Shown: positions 1 to 20,490 of the stretch, in pieces
How positions within the stretch are numbered: the first letter of the stretch is position 1
Layout: every line of letters begins with the position of its first letter
Assembly: GCA_964016885.1 (NCBI GenBank)
Contig: CAXHJY010001713.1
Span: forward strand, 13,647-77,646
From: Eledone cirrhosa
Lineage: Eukaryota
Reading direction: 5' to 3'
Length of the DNA: 64,000 nt
The notes under the pieces: model-generated
Database searches by the model: none
What the model saw: only the letters and a program-made list of their open reading frames with translations
What the model was told of the DNA's origin: nothing
Translations under genes and position numbers: made by a program

Positions 1-1336
1 TGAGTCAACAGGCACGCCTTCAAGAGAGCCCGAACAAAAGCAACCGTCTCTAATTCAGTCAGCTGGATCCCCAAGTGAAACTAGCCGAGTTCGACAAATT
101 TGATTCAAGGTCTACCTTTAGGCCTCCCACCGGTTGATTTTGCCCGGGGTCGCCAAATAAAGTATCAATCTACTACTAGAGTTGATCCCTTTTCTTCCTC
201 TCCTTTTTTCTCTGGCAGACCAGGCGAACTATGGCCTCGACCAGATATTAGTTGACATACTAGTACACATATGACTCCATCAAGATTTGGGGGCTCAAGC
301 AAGGAAGGAAGTTAGAGGAGTAGTCAAATGGACAAACAGCTCTATGAGATGCCAGGTAAATACCAAATTTGTTATGGTTGTCGATCGTAAAGAAAAGAAA
401 CAAGAAGAAGCAATGTTTAGCTTGTCACTAGACCATCTACAAATAGCAGCCAATTTGTATCAAATTACATCTTAGCATTTAAAAAATATAGGAAAGGTCA
501 TATAAGCTAATGTCATATTAGTTACGTAATATCTGAAATCTGTTTTCATAAGTCTGCTTTCATTAGGGTGCAATATCAAAAACAACAATGTATCTATTGA
601 GTTAAAGACGGACACAACATGACATAATTACTGGAGCTGGAATAAAATCGATTATATTGACCCATGTACATGCAATTTCCTCTAATTTTTTTCTGTGAAT
701 TTATTATCCAAACCTTGCCCTTCAAATGAAACTTATACAGTCGAGGAAATGAAAGTTTTTCTCTTCAGTTCTTTCTTTTGATTTGTGTTGAATTCATCCT
801 AGAATCAGCATTAGTTGTATTAAAGGGAAAGAGTTGAATCTAAGATATCTAGAGATGTATTACGTCAGCGAAGAGAATGTTGAAACATCCACAAAATATT
901 ATATACGTTTAATAATTCAGGCTTTCATATCTCAAAGTTACATGTGATGCGTTCACCATGATGAGTGTAGGAGGAAGTGCTATATGATTAAACATATCTA
1001 ATCTATTGTATATCGGGGGTATATGATTTCCCTAAAGGAAACGTAATGCAAGAATGCAAGCGCAACTATTAAACGCAAGTGTAATGATCTCTCAAAGATG
1101 TTTATCAGAAAAGGCTAAATATTTAGTAAAATCTCGCAATACGTACAATGCTATATCTCATTGACATATGAATGCAAATGTCACGATAATTCTCGTTATC
1201 TTGCGAATGAATTACTTAAACAATGTGTGCAGTGAAACATCTAAATATACAAGAAGACACGTGTGTCTCTATGTTCAGTTAAATGCCTATGGGTTAATAT
1301 GAACAATTATTATGTTTAGTTTTGTTTTTCTTTACA

Positions 1337-1540
1337 GAATCGTTAAAGTGTCGGATGAAATACCTCGTGGTGTTTAGGTATTACTGTTACTTGCTGATTT
1401 CAAATCCCAGCGAGGTCAACAATGCCTTTCATCCTTCTGGGATCGATAAAATAGAATACCAGTAAAGACATGGGATCTATATAATCGATTTTCCCTTCCT
1501 CACAAATCTCTGGCCTAATATCTAAATTAGAAATCATTAT
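1337..1540 (+). mobile_element. tRNA-derived SINE family 1, old diverged long-tail copy
   Basis: Degenerate B-box (gatttcaaatccc), core gcctttcatccttctgggatcgataaaatagaataccagt and tail tggcctaatatctaaattagaaatcattat, homologous to the other copies in the window. Confidence 0.8.
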
Positions 1541-1542
1541 GA

Positions 1543-1683
1543 ATAGAGTTACGGCCCTTGCCATTCTGAGTTCAAATACCGCCGAGGTTAACTTTGCCTT
1601 TCATATTTATGAAGTCGATAAAATAAAGTACCAGTAATGCACTGGGTAATTGCTGGCCTTGTGCCAAAGGTAGAAACAATTAT
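1543..1683 (+). mobile_element. SINE family 1, 5'-truncated short-tail copy
   Basis: gagttcaaataccgccgaggttaactttgcctttcat...gtcgataaaataaagtaccagt...gtagaaacaattat. Confidence 0.9.
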
Positions 1684-2035
1684 GACTATATGTAGTTCTT
1701 TTATTTCGTTAAAGTACACTTTCTTCTGATTTATATTATATACATTATCTCAGTTACAAATCATTTTATTACAAACTAATATCCACAATATTTAAAATAC
1801 CTGTCATATATACTGTATCACATAAAGTTGTAATCAATTCTCAGATCAGGAGGTAACCGCGAAACTCATAGTCTTAGTAATATAATATAGTGGAGTACAT
1901 ATCTCAATCTGGTACTTGCTTTACCATTCTTTAAAGTCTCACCAAATTATACGACATAAAGGACCCTACATAAACAACACTGCTGAAACCTAAATATACC
2001 CATACACCAAGAAATTGTACATTAGGAATATTATT

Positions 2036-2285
2036 TCTGGTACTAAGTCGAAACAATAGATGTAGGTGTTGGACTTCACCAGTGCTGCTTATTGTCACCT
2101 CTTTTGTTCATAATCCTGAATAGAATTGACTTGTGCAGCCGGGTTAGAAGTGGTATCAAAACCGGCGGGTGTAAGATTAATCGGTTGATATTTGCAGACG
2201 ACATAGGGCTTCTTAACTCCTCGGAAGGAGATGTCCAACATGCACTGGATAAGTGTGCTGTCGAATACTGCAAGAAAACTGCAGA
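2036..2285 (+). pseudogene. Non-LTR retrotransposon reverse-transcriptase fragment
   Basis: Translates VGVGLHQCCLLSPLLFII...INRLIFADDIGLL, matching LINE RT motifs G.RQG..LSP.LF and (Y/F)ADD; truncated and disrupted. Confidence 0.85.
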
Positions 2286-2699
2286 AAAGAAAATCAGTGT
2301 CGTGAAGATTGCGGGACATTCATCCACTCGAGAAGAGTAGAAAACTCTTACAGTAGGTACTGATCAGTGGTTTTTAACCCGGTACCGTGTGTTCGTGAAG
2401 CGAACTTCTTAACCCAAGTATTAATGGAATTATAATCGACATCATTGGATAATATAGCCATAGATATCACATGCTTTAATAAAAGACGCGATGGTTATAG
2501 TAGGAACGGCTTTGATCATAGATCTACTGAGGCTTAACAAAAACCAAAAATAACACCAATAACTTTTACCAGTCAATGGAAACCAGCATCCGACATTGTT
2601 AAGCAGCTTTATGATCAAAGCGAGACTTTGGGACAACAAATAATAGCAGAACACACCACAGCACTATTGGATAGAAACGGGAAAGGTGGATATAACATG

Positions 2700-2920
2700 T
2701 GTGTGTCCGTGTGTGTATGTGTAAATAGTAGAGCGAGTGTGTGTGTGTGAGGGAGAGGAAGGGGATGTGTAAGAGGTAAGGGAGTTTCTGGAGTGACTAT
2801 ATGTGTTGGTGGAAGAAAGCCAGGGCAGGGAGAGAGAAGTGAAAGAGAGGATGTGTGCAAGAGAAAGAGAACGGAGAGATGCGAGAAATGGGAAGAAATA
2901 TATAGAGAAAGAGAGTGTGT

Positions 2921-2960
<40 letters not shown>

Positions 2961-3450
2961 TGAGAACGTGTGTGTGTGAGTGTGTGTGGGAAGGGGTAGA
3001 GAGGGGAATGAGAGAAAGACAGAGACAAAGACTTAACGTGTTTCTGTGTGTATTGTTACAAGCGTGTGTATATATAGAGGAGAAAGATATTGATACAGAG
3101 AGAGGGAGAGAGAGATGGATAGAGATAAAGAGAAAGAGAGAGAGAGATAGAGAGACAGAGAAAGAAAGAGGTAGAGAGAGAGAGAAAGTGATAGAGAAAG
3201 AGAAAGAGATAGAGAGAGAGAGATAGAGATAGAAAGAAAGAGGTAGAGTGAGGGGGGGGTAGAGATAGGGAGTGAGAGAGATAGAGAGTGAGAGATAGAG
3301 AGTGAGAGGGGGAGAGATAGAGATAGAAGAGATAGATAGATAGAGAGAGAGAGAGGGGAGAGATAGAGATAGAGAGAGGGGGAGAGATAGAGTGAGAGAG
3401 AGATAGATAGATAGAGAGAGGGGGAGAGATAGAGAGAGAGAGTGTGAGAG
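2700..3450. repeat. GA/GT/GATA-rich compound microsatellite
   Basis: Runs of (GA)n, (GT)n and GAGATA. Confidence 0.9.
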
Positions 3451-3568
3451 GAAGTTATAGACTCACATCATTTGTTATCACTCCCCCTCCCTCTCTAACT
3501 GTCACTCTCTCTCCCTCCACACTTTTCCTATCTCTTTTCTCTCCTCCTAAATATCTACCTATCTATTG

Positions 3569-4528
3569 AACCATCATCAATATAACCATCATCATCATCA
3601 ATATAACCATCATCATCATCAATGTAAACATCATCATCAATATAACCATCATCATCATCATCAATATAACCATCATCATCATCAATATAACCATCATCAT
3701 CATCATCAATATAACCATCATCATCATCAATATAACCATCATCATCATCAATATAAACACCATCATCATCAATATAACCATCATCATCAATATAACCATC
3801 ATCATCATCAATATAACCATCATCATCAATATAACCATCATCATCATCAATATAACCATCATCATCAATATAACCATCATCATCATCAATATAACCATCA
3901 TCATCAATATAACCATCATCATCATCAATATAACCATCATCATCAATATAACCATCATCATCAATATAACCATCATCATCATCATCAATATAACCATCAT
4001 CATCATCAATATAACCATCATCATCATCAATATAAACACCATCATCATCAATATAACCATCATCATCAATATAACCATCATCATCAATATAACCATCATC
4101 ATCAATATAAACACCATCATCATCAATATAACCATCATTATCATCAATATAACCATCATCATCATCAATATAACCATCATCATCATCAATATAAACATCA
4201 TCATCAATATAAACATCATCATCAATATAACCATCATCATCATCATCAATATAACCATCATCATCATCATCAATATAACCATCATCATCAATATAACCAT
4301 CATCATCATCAATATAAACACCATCATCATCAATATAACCATCATCATCAATATAAACACCATCATCATCAATATAACCATCATCATCAATATAAACACC
4401 ATCATCATCAATATAACCATCATCATCAATATAACCATCATCATCAATATAACCATCATCATCATCAATATAACCATCATCATCATCAATATAACCATCA
4501 TCATCAATATAACCATCATCATCATCAT
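3569..4528. repeat. Compound minisatellite CAATATAAC(CAT)3-5
   Basis: Tandem units of 18, 21 or 24 bp seen directly. Confidence 0.95.
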
Positions 4529-4739
4529 AAGAAATTATATAAATAAAAGAATTCGAATTATCCTCCAAACAAAACAACAAAACATTAATAAATACCCCCC
4601 CCCCCCCTTAAATATTTAAAGTAAAAACTGTTGCACCAGCAGCAGCGATAATATCATCATCATCATCATTGTCAACAGCAGCAGCAATAACAGCAACAGC
4701 AATGCCAGTAGTAATAATAAAGACAAAATGCATCATCAT

Positions 4740-4911
4740 CATCGTGGTTGTTAATATCATTATCACTACCACCACTATCACCACCACCATCACCACCACT
4801 ATCACCACCACCATCACCACCACTATCACCACCACCACCACCACCACTATCACCACCACCACTATCACCACTATCACCACCACCACCACCACCACTATCA
4901 CCACCACCACC
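4740..4911. repeat. (ACC/ATC)n trinucleotide tract
   Basis: Visible directly. Confidence 0.9.
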
Positions 4912-5237
4912 AACACTGCACTAATACTGCACTAACACTGCACTAACACTGCACTAACACTGCACTAACACTGCACTAACACTGCACTAACACTGCACTA
5001 ACACTGTACTAACACTGCACTAACACTGCACTAACACTGCACTAACACTGCACTAACACTGTACTAACACTGCACTAACACTGCACTAACACTGTACTAA
5101 CACTGTACTAACACTGCACTAACACTGCACTAACACTGCACTAACACTGTACTAACACTGTACTAACACTGCACTAACACTGCACTAACACTGCACTAAC
5201 ACTGCACTAACACTGCACTAACACTGCACTAACACTG
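4912..5237. repeat. 11-bp minisatellite (AACACTGCACT)n, ~29 units
   Basis: Tandem units with occasional C>T variant AACACTGTACT. Confidence 0.95.
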
Positions 5238-5498
5238 ACACACACTGGCAGATATCCCCCCACACACACATATATAACTCTCCATACATACAAACAAACG
5301 TACACACACACACACACACACATACATATAACCCTCCACACACATACATACAAACAAACATACACACACACACATATAACCCTTCACACACACATACATA
5401 CAAACAAACGTATACCTTCACATACATTCAAACACACATATATACATACTCGTATACATATATATATATATAAATACATACACACATATACACATACC

Positions 5499-5530
<32 letters not shown>

Positions 5531-5707
5531 CATACACACATATATATCTTTAGCTATATATATATATATATATATATATACATACATAAGTTTATCCCGG
5601 GTTCAATCAGAGATAACAACAGTACATATATCCCTCTTTGGGTGTATGTATATATATATACACATGTATATATGCATTTATATATTTAGGAATATACGTA
5701 GTTTTTG

Positions 5708-6470
5708 CATATGAACACATACATATATACACATACATATGTACACATACATATGTACACATACATATGTACACATACATATGTATGTGTACATATGTAT
5801 GTGTACATATGTACACATACATATATACACATACATATGTATGTGTACATATGTATGTGTACATATGTACACATACATATATACACATACATATGTACAC
5901 ATACATATGTACACATACATATGTACACATACATATGTACACATACATATGTACACATACATATGTACACATACATATGAACACATATATATGTATGTGT
6001 ACATATGTATGTGTACACATACATATGTATTTGTACATATGTATGTGTACATATGTATGTGTTCATATGTATGTGTACATATGTATGTGTTCATATGTAT
6101 GTGTTCATATGTATTTGTACATATGTACACATACATATGTACACCTACATATGTACACATACATATGAACACATACATATGTACACATACATATGTACAC
6201 ATACATTTGTACACATACATATGTACACATACATATGTACACATACATATGTACACATACATATGTACACATACATATGTACACATACATATGTACACAT
6301 ACATATGTACACATACATATATACTCATACATATGTACACATACATATGTACACATACATATGTATGTGTACATATGAACACATACATATGTATGTGTTC
6401 ATATGTATGTGTACATATGTACACATACATATGTATGTGTACATATGTACACATACATATGTACACATAC
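5708..6470. repeat. 14-bp minisatellite (CATATGTACACATA)n with units in both orientations
   Basis: Units gtacacatacatat interspersed with their reverse complement atatgtatgtgtac. Confidence 0.9.
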
Positions 6471-6608
6471 ACACATGCTATGCACATCCTTGCACAAAAT
6501 CTCACATACATACACATACACAGATACAGACTCACACACACAAACAAACCGTGAGGGTGTAATTCTGTCAACAATGGCACACGCTTCTTCAGATACACGT
6601 GCGAGGTC

Positions 6609-6765
<157 letters not shown>

Positions 6766-7017
6766 CAGGTGGTGTATGAATATACAATAATTACACCACA
6801 AACATTCCTGTGTAGAGTGAAGCTCTTTCATATATCAACATACATGTAAATGTGTATGTGTGTATATATATTTATATATAAATATTAACTCAGATTACAT
6901 GTGATATCTTTTGATATCTTAGGAACTAAATAAACAAATGCATACATAGATACATACATACATACATACATACATACATACATACATACATACATACATA
7001 CATACACATACGTGTAT

Positions 7018-7146
7018 ATGATGATTTCTCACGAATGAAACAGTTCTAGTCCTGTAGAAGCTTTTCTATATTACAACATATATACTCTGCTATGTATTGA
7101 GTACCTTACTTACTGTGTTCACCCCCGATTCAACCCGGAATAACTT
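7018..7146 (+). mobile_element. HHR-bearing short element, family C (PLE-like), core 5'-eroded
   Basis: aTGATGA-tttc tcac gaat-GAAA-cag ttctagtc ctg-TA-gaagc then gtattgagtaccttacttactgtg...aacccgg; homologous to 36912, 37484 and 44410. Confidence 0.7.
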
Positions 7147-7163
7147 TTATTATATTATATATC

Positions 7164-7356
7164 GGCGGTGGATTGGCAGTATCGGTAGAGGGTCGGACGC
7201 CATGCTTTGACGCATAGAGTTACGTCCCTTGCCATTCTGAGTTCAAATCTCGCCGAGGTTAACTTTGCCTTTCATCCTTACGGGGTCGATAAAATAAAGT
7301 ACCAGTAATCTACTGGGTAATTGCTGGCCTTGTGCCATAAGTAGAAACAATTATTA
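7164..7356 (+). mobile_element. SINE family 1, full-length
   Basis: A-box-like TGGCAGTATCGG, B-box GAGTTCAAATC, core and tail agaaacaattatta. Confidence 0.95.
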
Positions 7357-7393
7357 TATTTAGGAGGAGATTTTTATAGGGGAAAGGGCATTG

Positions 7394-7458
<65 letters not shown>

Positions 7459-7619
7459 ATATACATATATGTATATATGTGTATATACATATATGTATAT
7501 ATATATACACACAGACGTATACAGTAAAGATCAACACGATGGAGGTAAGGTTGGTGAGGCTAAGCAGTGTGTAAACGAAAAATAATTGGAAACAGAGATA
7601 TAGATGGAAATATAAATAT

Positions 7620-8556
7620 AACGACACCACTACCACCATAGCCACCACCATCACCACCACCACAGCAAACACTGCTACCACCACTATCACCATAGCCACC
7701 ACACCAAACACTGCTATCACCACCACCACTGCTACCACTGCTACCACCACCACCACCACCACTGCTACCACCACCACCACCACTGCTATCACCACCACCA
7801 CCACTGCTACCACCACCACTGCTATCACCACCACCACCTCCACCACTGCTACCACCACCACCACTGCTACCACCACCATCACCACCACTGCTATCACCAC
7901 CACCACCGCCACCACCACCACCAATGCTACCACCACCACCACCGCAAACACCGACATAGCCACCACCGACAACAATATCAAAACCGCCATCACCAGCACC
8001 ACCAACACCACAAACACCAACGCCGCGACCACATTTACGACAATAACCATCAACACCATCACCACCACCACCATCACCACTAGTACATTTACGACAATCG
8101 ACACCACCTTCACAACCACATTTACGACCATAACCAACACAACCACCACCACCGCCACATTTACGACAACGACCACCACCACTACCACATTTACCACCAT
8201 AACCATTACCAACAACACCAACATCACAAATACCACCATCACCAACCCATCACAACATTTACGACCATAACCACCACATATCAACAAAAGAAACATCACC
8301 ACCAACAACAACTACAACAACAACAACAACAAAAACAACGACACAAGCAATCAGCAACACAAACAACAGCAAAAATACAACACAAACAACAGCAACAAAA
8401 ACAACAGTAAAATAACAACAAAATAACAGTAAAGCAACAAAAAGAAACAAAACAACCACAAAACAACAGCAAAGCAACAAAAAAAAACAAGAACACAAAA
8501 AGCAAGAGAAAGCAAAGAGGACAAGAGAACAAGACTGAGTGACAGTACTAGTAAGT

Positions 8557-8615
<59 letters not shown>
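7620..8615. repeat. ACC/AAC-rich low-complexity tract followed by (GA)n
   Basis: Visible directly. Confidence 0.9.
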
Positions 8616-8617
<2 letters not shown>

Positions 8618-8889
8618 AGAGATAGAGAGATGAAAGAAAGGAAAAAAGAGATATACAAAGAGAGAAGACACGTGAAAATATTAGACGGATGAAAATGAAA
8701 ACACAGAGAGAAGTTTACAAGGTAAAACGAACACGATGATATCTTCATATTACCAGACCCAATGGCATTACTGTTTACCAAAATATCAATGGTTGTTTAA
8801 CTCTAATTACTATACAAGTGATACTAGATAAATAGATACGCTGTGTTCAGTGAGTAGCAATTGATTCCTATCTATGTATTTACATGCAG

Positions 8890-11575
<2,686 letters not shown>

Positions 11576-12154
11576 ATATAACAAACATATGTGTGCACAT
11601 CTCAATATTTCTGTTTGTCTCTCTTATATTAAGCAAAATATCTTAATAACTGCGAATGAAAAATATATTTAACAATTAACATGAAACAAATACACAAGTT
11701 ATTTGTTGTCGTCTTCAGAGAAATAATATTTACTTGACAAATAATCATTGGATATAGTGTACATGGAGACATGTGTTGTTATTGGAGTTGACAATAGCAC
11801 ATGGAGGAGAGATGTAGCTATCTATTTATCTTTCTACCTATCTGTCTAACTATATATGTATGTATCTCTCTATTTATCCATCTTTATATGTCTATGTATC
11901 TAAACATCTATCCATCTAACTATATATGTATGTATCTATCTATCAAAATGTATCTATCTATCTATCTATTTATTTAAATATCTATGTAAACACTCACCAA
12001 TGTAACTTATGCTCAAAAACAGACCCTCATCTAATGTTCTGCATATTTGTTTTCCACTTCCGGTTGTTTTGTGGATCTTATTAAGCCCCATGTATGTTTG
12101 CTGCGACAGCCTATTATTCTTAATATATATATATATATATTTATATTCATATAC

Positions 12155-12292
12155 ACGCACCTGTGTTGTTTACTTAATTTTTGTTTTTCCGTTGCCCCTT
12201 TTGATGAAGTACATGTGTCCGAAACGTTAACTCACTTTTACTAATATATCAAACGTTAAACCAATATAATATTTGTTTCCGTTTACTTTTTG
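12155..12292 (+). mobile_element. HHR-bearing element family F; degenerate minimal HHR at 12201-12230
   Basis: tTGATGA-a-gtac atgt gtcc-GAAA-cg-TT-aa; downstream tcaaacgttaaaccaatata...tttccgtttac matches the minus-strand copy at 37712-37830. Confidence 0.6.
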
Positions 12293-12334
12293 CACACACA
12301 CACACACACATGCAACTATATATATATATATATA

Positions 12335-12440
12335 GTGCAAATTTACACGGGAACAAAACAGAGAGGCAGACAAATAAAGGTTTATTAGGTTCACGCTTTG
12401 AGAGTGAGGGGGTGGGGGCACGTTTCGGGCATAAGCCCTT
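12335..12440 (-). mobile_element. Family F element with 3' half of a minimal HHR
   Basis: Minus strand aa-gggc ttat gccc-GAAA-cgt, truncated by (TA)n; shares ttattaggtt.acgctt with 37760. Confidence 0.55.
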
Positions 12441-12591
12441 ATATATATAGTTTTATGTTACTGTTGGTTCACCAGCTTGAATAATCAATGTGCAGGTGGG
12501 TACGTTTAAGTATAGTACTTGGTGTTACACACTTGGTATTAAACTATGGTCTTTTCCCCCCATATGCAACGTATATATATATACATAGTGA

Positions 12592-12731
12592 AATAACAAA
12601 TTAAAGTTTAAGCAAAGAATCGCTGCTTTTACCCTTAATGGGATCTTGTGAAAATATATATATATATATATATATATTATCCTTATCGAGCTCTCTTCGG
12701 GTTTTAGTCTTCACATTTATTATTATTACTA
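12592..12731. mobile_element. HHR element family B, rearranged and degraded copy
   Basis: Minus-strand HHR part (aagcaaagaatcgctgc...gggatctt) joined via (TA)n to the plus-strand 3' end ccttatcgag...ttagtcttcacatttattatt. Confidence 0.75.
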
Positions 12732-12956
12732 TATATATATATATATATACATATATATATTGTGTTACTAGTAGCTCAATGATTACATCATACTTCATGA
12801 TTGCATGGGACATTTTTGTCTCAAGTTTGTGCTACTTGTTACGTTAATATTTTATGTTTTTTAAGCTAAGGATTCCTTTGAATATCCAATTAAATTATTA
12901 TCCTCATCAACTTGAACACACCTTTAGGCAATCATTCCACATCATACACAGCCACA

Positions 12957-16610
<3,654 letters not shown>

Positions 16611-16839
16611 CTCGCTTCTTTCGTGTATATCTATATATTTGTGTGCTTATGTGTATATATACATATATATATATATACACATAAACACACAAATATAGAT
16701 ATACACGAAAGAAGCGAGAGTGAGGGGAGGGGGGTGAAAGTGCACGCGCCGTAGATTACAGTCAATTTACCTTCCTTTGGGTTTCAGGGGTTTAGCTCAG
16801 TAGACCGGGACCCCACCTTCACTTACTCTACTGTCATCA

Positions 16840-17660
16840 GACACACAGACAGACACATACAGACAGGCAGACAGACAGACACATACAGTCACATACAGAC
16901 AGGCAGACAGACAGACACATACAGTCACATACACAGACACACACACACAGTCACATACAGTCACATACAGACAGGCAGACAGACATATACAGTCACATAC
17001 ACACAGTCACATACAGTCACATACACACATACAGGCAGACAGACAGACATACAGTCACATACAGACAGGCAGACAGAGACATACAGTCACATACACAGAC
17101 ACAGTCACACACATACAGACAGACAGACAGACAGAGTCACATACAGTCACATACAGACAGACACACACATACAGTCACATGCACAATATACAGACAGAGA
17201 CACACACATACAGACACACATACAGTCACATACAGACAGGCAGACATACACATACAGTCACATACAGACAGGCAGACATACACACATAGTCAAATACAGA
17301 CAGAGACACACACACACAGACAGCCACACACACACACAGTCACATACACACATACTGTGAGACAGAGACACATACAGTCACATACACACAGACACACACA
17401 GAGTCACATACATACACACATACAGTCACATACATACACACATACAGTCACATACACACATACAGACAGACAGACAGACACACATACAGTCACATACACA
17501 CATACAGACATAGACACACACATACATATACAGTCACATTCACACAGACAGACACATACAGTCATATTCACACAGACAGACACATACACATATACAGTCA
17601 CATACATACACAGTAACATACACACACAGTCACAAACACACATACACACACACCTACATA
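16840..17660. repeat. CAGA/CATA/CAGT compound repeat
   Basis: Visible directly. Confidence 0.9.
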
Positions 17661-18368
17661 GAGTCACATCCACACAACCTACCTGCCAACTGGTCCCCAC
17701 CATTACCATCTCACAAAATACCACTAGTCCTCTGCCGTCCACTTTACTGTCACTACAACTCATTTCCACCTCTACCACTACATGGTTCCATCTGAACACC
17801 ACCCCCTGCCACTTCTCCAGTTTTTCTTTTCTCTTGTCTATCGACACTGGAGAAGCCCCTTATCTCCCTCCCCCTCTCTCGCTCTTACACACACACACAC
17901 ACACACACACCTATATACTCACTCATACATTCACACACACATATATACACACACATATACTCACACAAACATACTCACAGACACACGCACACACATACTT
18001 ACTCATACATCCACACACACAGGCACACACACACACATACACACACACGACATACACATACACCACACACAGACAGACTCCCACTCTGTTTTTTTTTCTC
18101 CAATGTGTTTCTTGTTTGTTTATCCGACTAACTTAACCTCGCTCTGTTCCTATTCACCCCCCCCCCCCCATTCCCTCCATCTCCTTAAATAGTATCTTAG
18201 TCTACACCTTTCATCATCAACATCACCCACACTACCACTGTCACCTCGTCACCTTCTGTGTCACCTTCCATGTTGACATGCTTATTTATATATTTATTTA
18301 TTCATTCATTCATTCATTTATTTATTTATCTATCTATCTATGTACCTATTCATTCATTGCTCCCAATG

Positions 18369-18533
18369 TAATGGTTTCTGATTTAGGCACAAGGTCAACA
18401 ATTTTGGGGAAGGGGAAGGTAAATTAAATCGACCTCAGTGCATTACTGGTACTTTATTTTATCGACCCCGTAAGGATGAAAGGCAAAGCTAACCTCGGCA
18501 GGATTTGAACTCAGATCGTAAAGGGCCGTAACT
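18369..18533 (-). mobile_element. SINE family 1, long-tail 5'-truncated copy
   Basis: Reverse complement of core: actggtactttattttatcgaccccgtaaggatgaaaggcaaag. Confidence 0.9.
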
Positions 18534-18779
18534 TTATTTGTTAGCGCCAGAAAACATCTCTTTCTTCAGTTGATGAAGAGTTCATGAAATAGCTTTTTCT
18601 GAAGAAGAAAATGAATAAGTTAATTCACTTCTGAAGAGTTTAAACGTACTATATACGCCAATGCTGACAATGGCTAGAGTTCAAGGGATGCTGCTGTTTA
18701 GATTATTTATTTATCAGTGTTTTTAAGGTAGCTGAGAGTATTTGATACTTCTTATTTGTGGTAATCTTCATGATGGAAT

Positions 18780-19775
18780 TAACTGATGATAATTTCTGAA
18801 ATGATGCAGAAGTACCCAATGATGAAGAATCCACACAATTTTGGTCAAATCCATGAGGAATTGCCAAAGAGTATAATAAAGATGTGAGATGGATAAATGA
18901 AGCTGAGTATAAGTTATGTAATGAACCAAAACAGAGATGAGAAAGAATTTCAAAGGAAGATGTTCAAGATCAAGGTAGGAAAATGCCAAACTGGAAATCT
19001 CCTGGACTGGATGGGATCCAAGAATTCTGGTTGAAAGGATTTAAAAGTGTTAATTCAAAACCAGGGAAGCACCTACATGATTGTGTAATATAAGGAGAAG
19101 TTCCAAGTAGGATGGTTAAATTAAAGCCAACTTCGATAGTGAAGGATAAAAGGAAAGGTCTGTTAGTTGGAAATTACAGGCTGATTGCTTGCTTGAATTT
19201 GCTTTGGAAACCGTTGACTGGCATCTTTGCTGCCAAATTTTATGATCACTTGCTTCAGAATGAAATGCTACCTGTCGAGTAGAAGGGTGTATGAAAAATT
19301 TTCAGGGAACCAAAGACCGTCTTGTATTGACAAAGCGATCATGAATAACTACAAAAGACGTCTAAAGAATTTATGCATAGCTTGGATAGACTTTAAGAAA
19401 GTCTTTGTCATGGTCTCACATTCAGGGGTACTGAAATCTTTGAGAATGTTCGGGGAAAGCATACTGTATTGATGTAATGGAGTTTAACATGCTTATTGGT
19501 ATATATACAAGAAATATAGGTTTGCAACCACTGAGAAATGGTATCAAAAGTATCAACAGAAATCAGAGAATGTCCCAGAAAATCAGAATGTGAAACTATT
19601 GTGGGACATTACAATCCAGACAGACAGAGTTCTTGAGAATACATGACCAGACATAAGTTTGATGGAAAAAGATACTGAAAGGAAGTGTTTGTTGATCGAT
19701 ATAGCTTGCCCAGAAGAGCCTTACATCAATGGTAAAGAAAACGAAAAATATGTAAAGAATCCAGACTTGAGAATA
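18780..19775 (+). pseudogene. Degraded RLE-type (R4/Dong-like) LINE: RT N-terminal part fused to restriction-like endonuclease domain
   Basis: MPNWKSPGLDGIQEFWLK, NYRLIACLNLLWKPLTGI, IDKAIM...LCIAWIDFKK; then VKLLWDITIQTD...PDI...CLLIDIACP...KENEKY; stops and frameshifts present. Confidence 0.85.
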
Positions 19776-20250
19776 TTTTACAAAAATCAGAGATTAAAAA
19801 AAAGAAAACGCATAGGAGTATATGCATACTTTTAAAGATGGCTTACTACCACGTGTGTTAAATCAAGAGTCTGTAAGCCTGTTTAGCCTGTGCATGTGAC
19901 CACTACTAAATAACTGTTGAGCAAAATGTTGGACTCTATAAGTGTTCAAATTTCGATATTTGAAATTCTCTTTTCATTTACAATATCGAAACGCCCCCAT
20001 TATAGTAATTTAAGAAATGAAGAAAACGAAAGCAACATTTTCATGTACTGGAGAAAGAATATTTTTTTAAAGAACTCTTAAACCAGTTTGACTTGTTGAA
20101 CTGGAGGATGGGTTATTACAAGAGAAATATTTCCTATTGCTTTCTTCAGGACAACAGGATGTGTTCAAATTCAGTTTTGCAAGCAAACGAAAAAATGAAA
20201 TACTTATACAACTATAAGGATCGACTTCGAATCAATAAAATGGACAGAAA

Positions 20251-20490
20251 CTATTTTACCTGACTTTCGACTCAATATACTTTCCTATATCATAGAAACT
20301 CCGAGTTGTCCTATTTTACCTGATTGCGACTTAAATATACTTTCCTAGATCGTAGGAACTCCGAAATGTCCTATTTTACCTGATACTGACTTACATATAC
20401 TTTCTTAGATGGTAGGAATTCTGAGTTATCCTATTTTACCTTATACTGACTTAAATATACGTTCCTAGATAGTAGGAACTCCAAGTTATC
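20251..20490. repeat. 60-bp tandem repeat, 4 diverged units
   Basis: ctattttacctga...tttcctagat.gtaggaactcc recurs at exact 60-bp spacing. Confidence 0.95.

Noticed and set aside
7164-7260. tRNA genes at the A/B-box motifs
   Set aside because: These are SINE heads attached to a common body and tail; no cloverleaf evident
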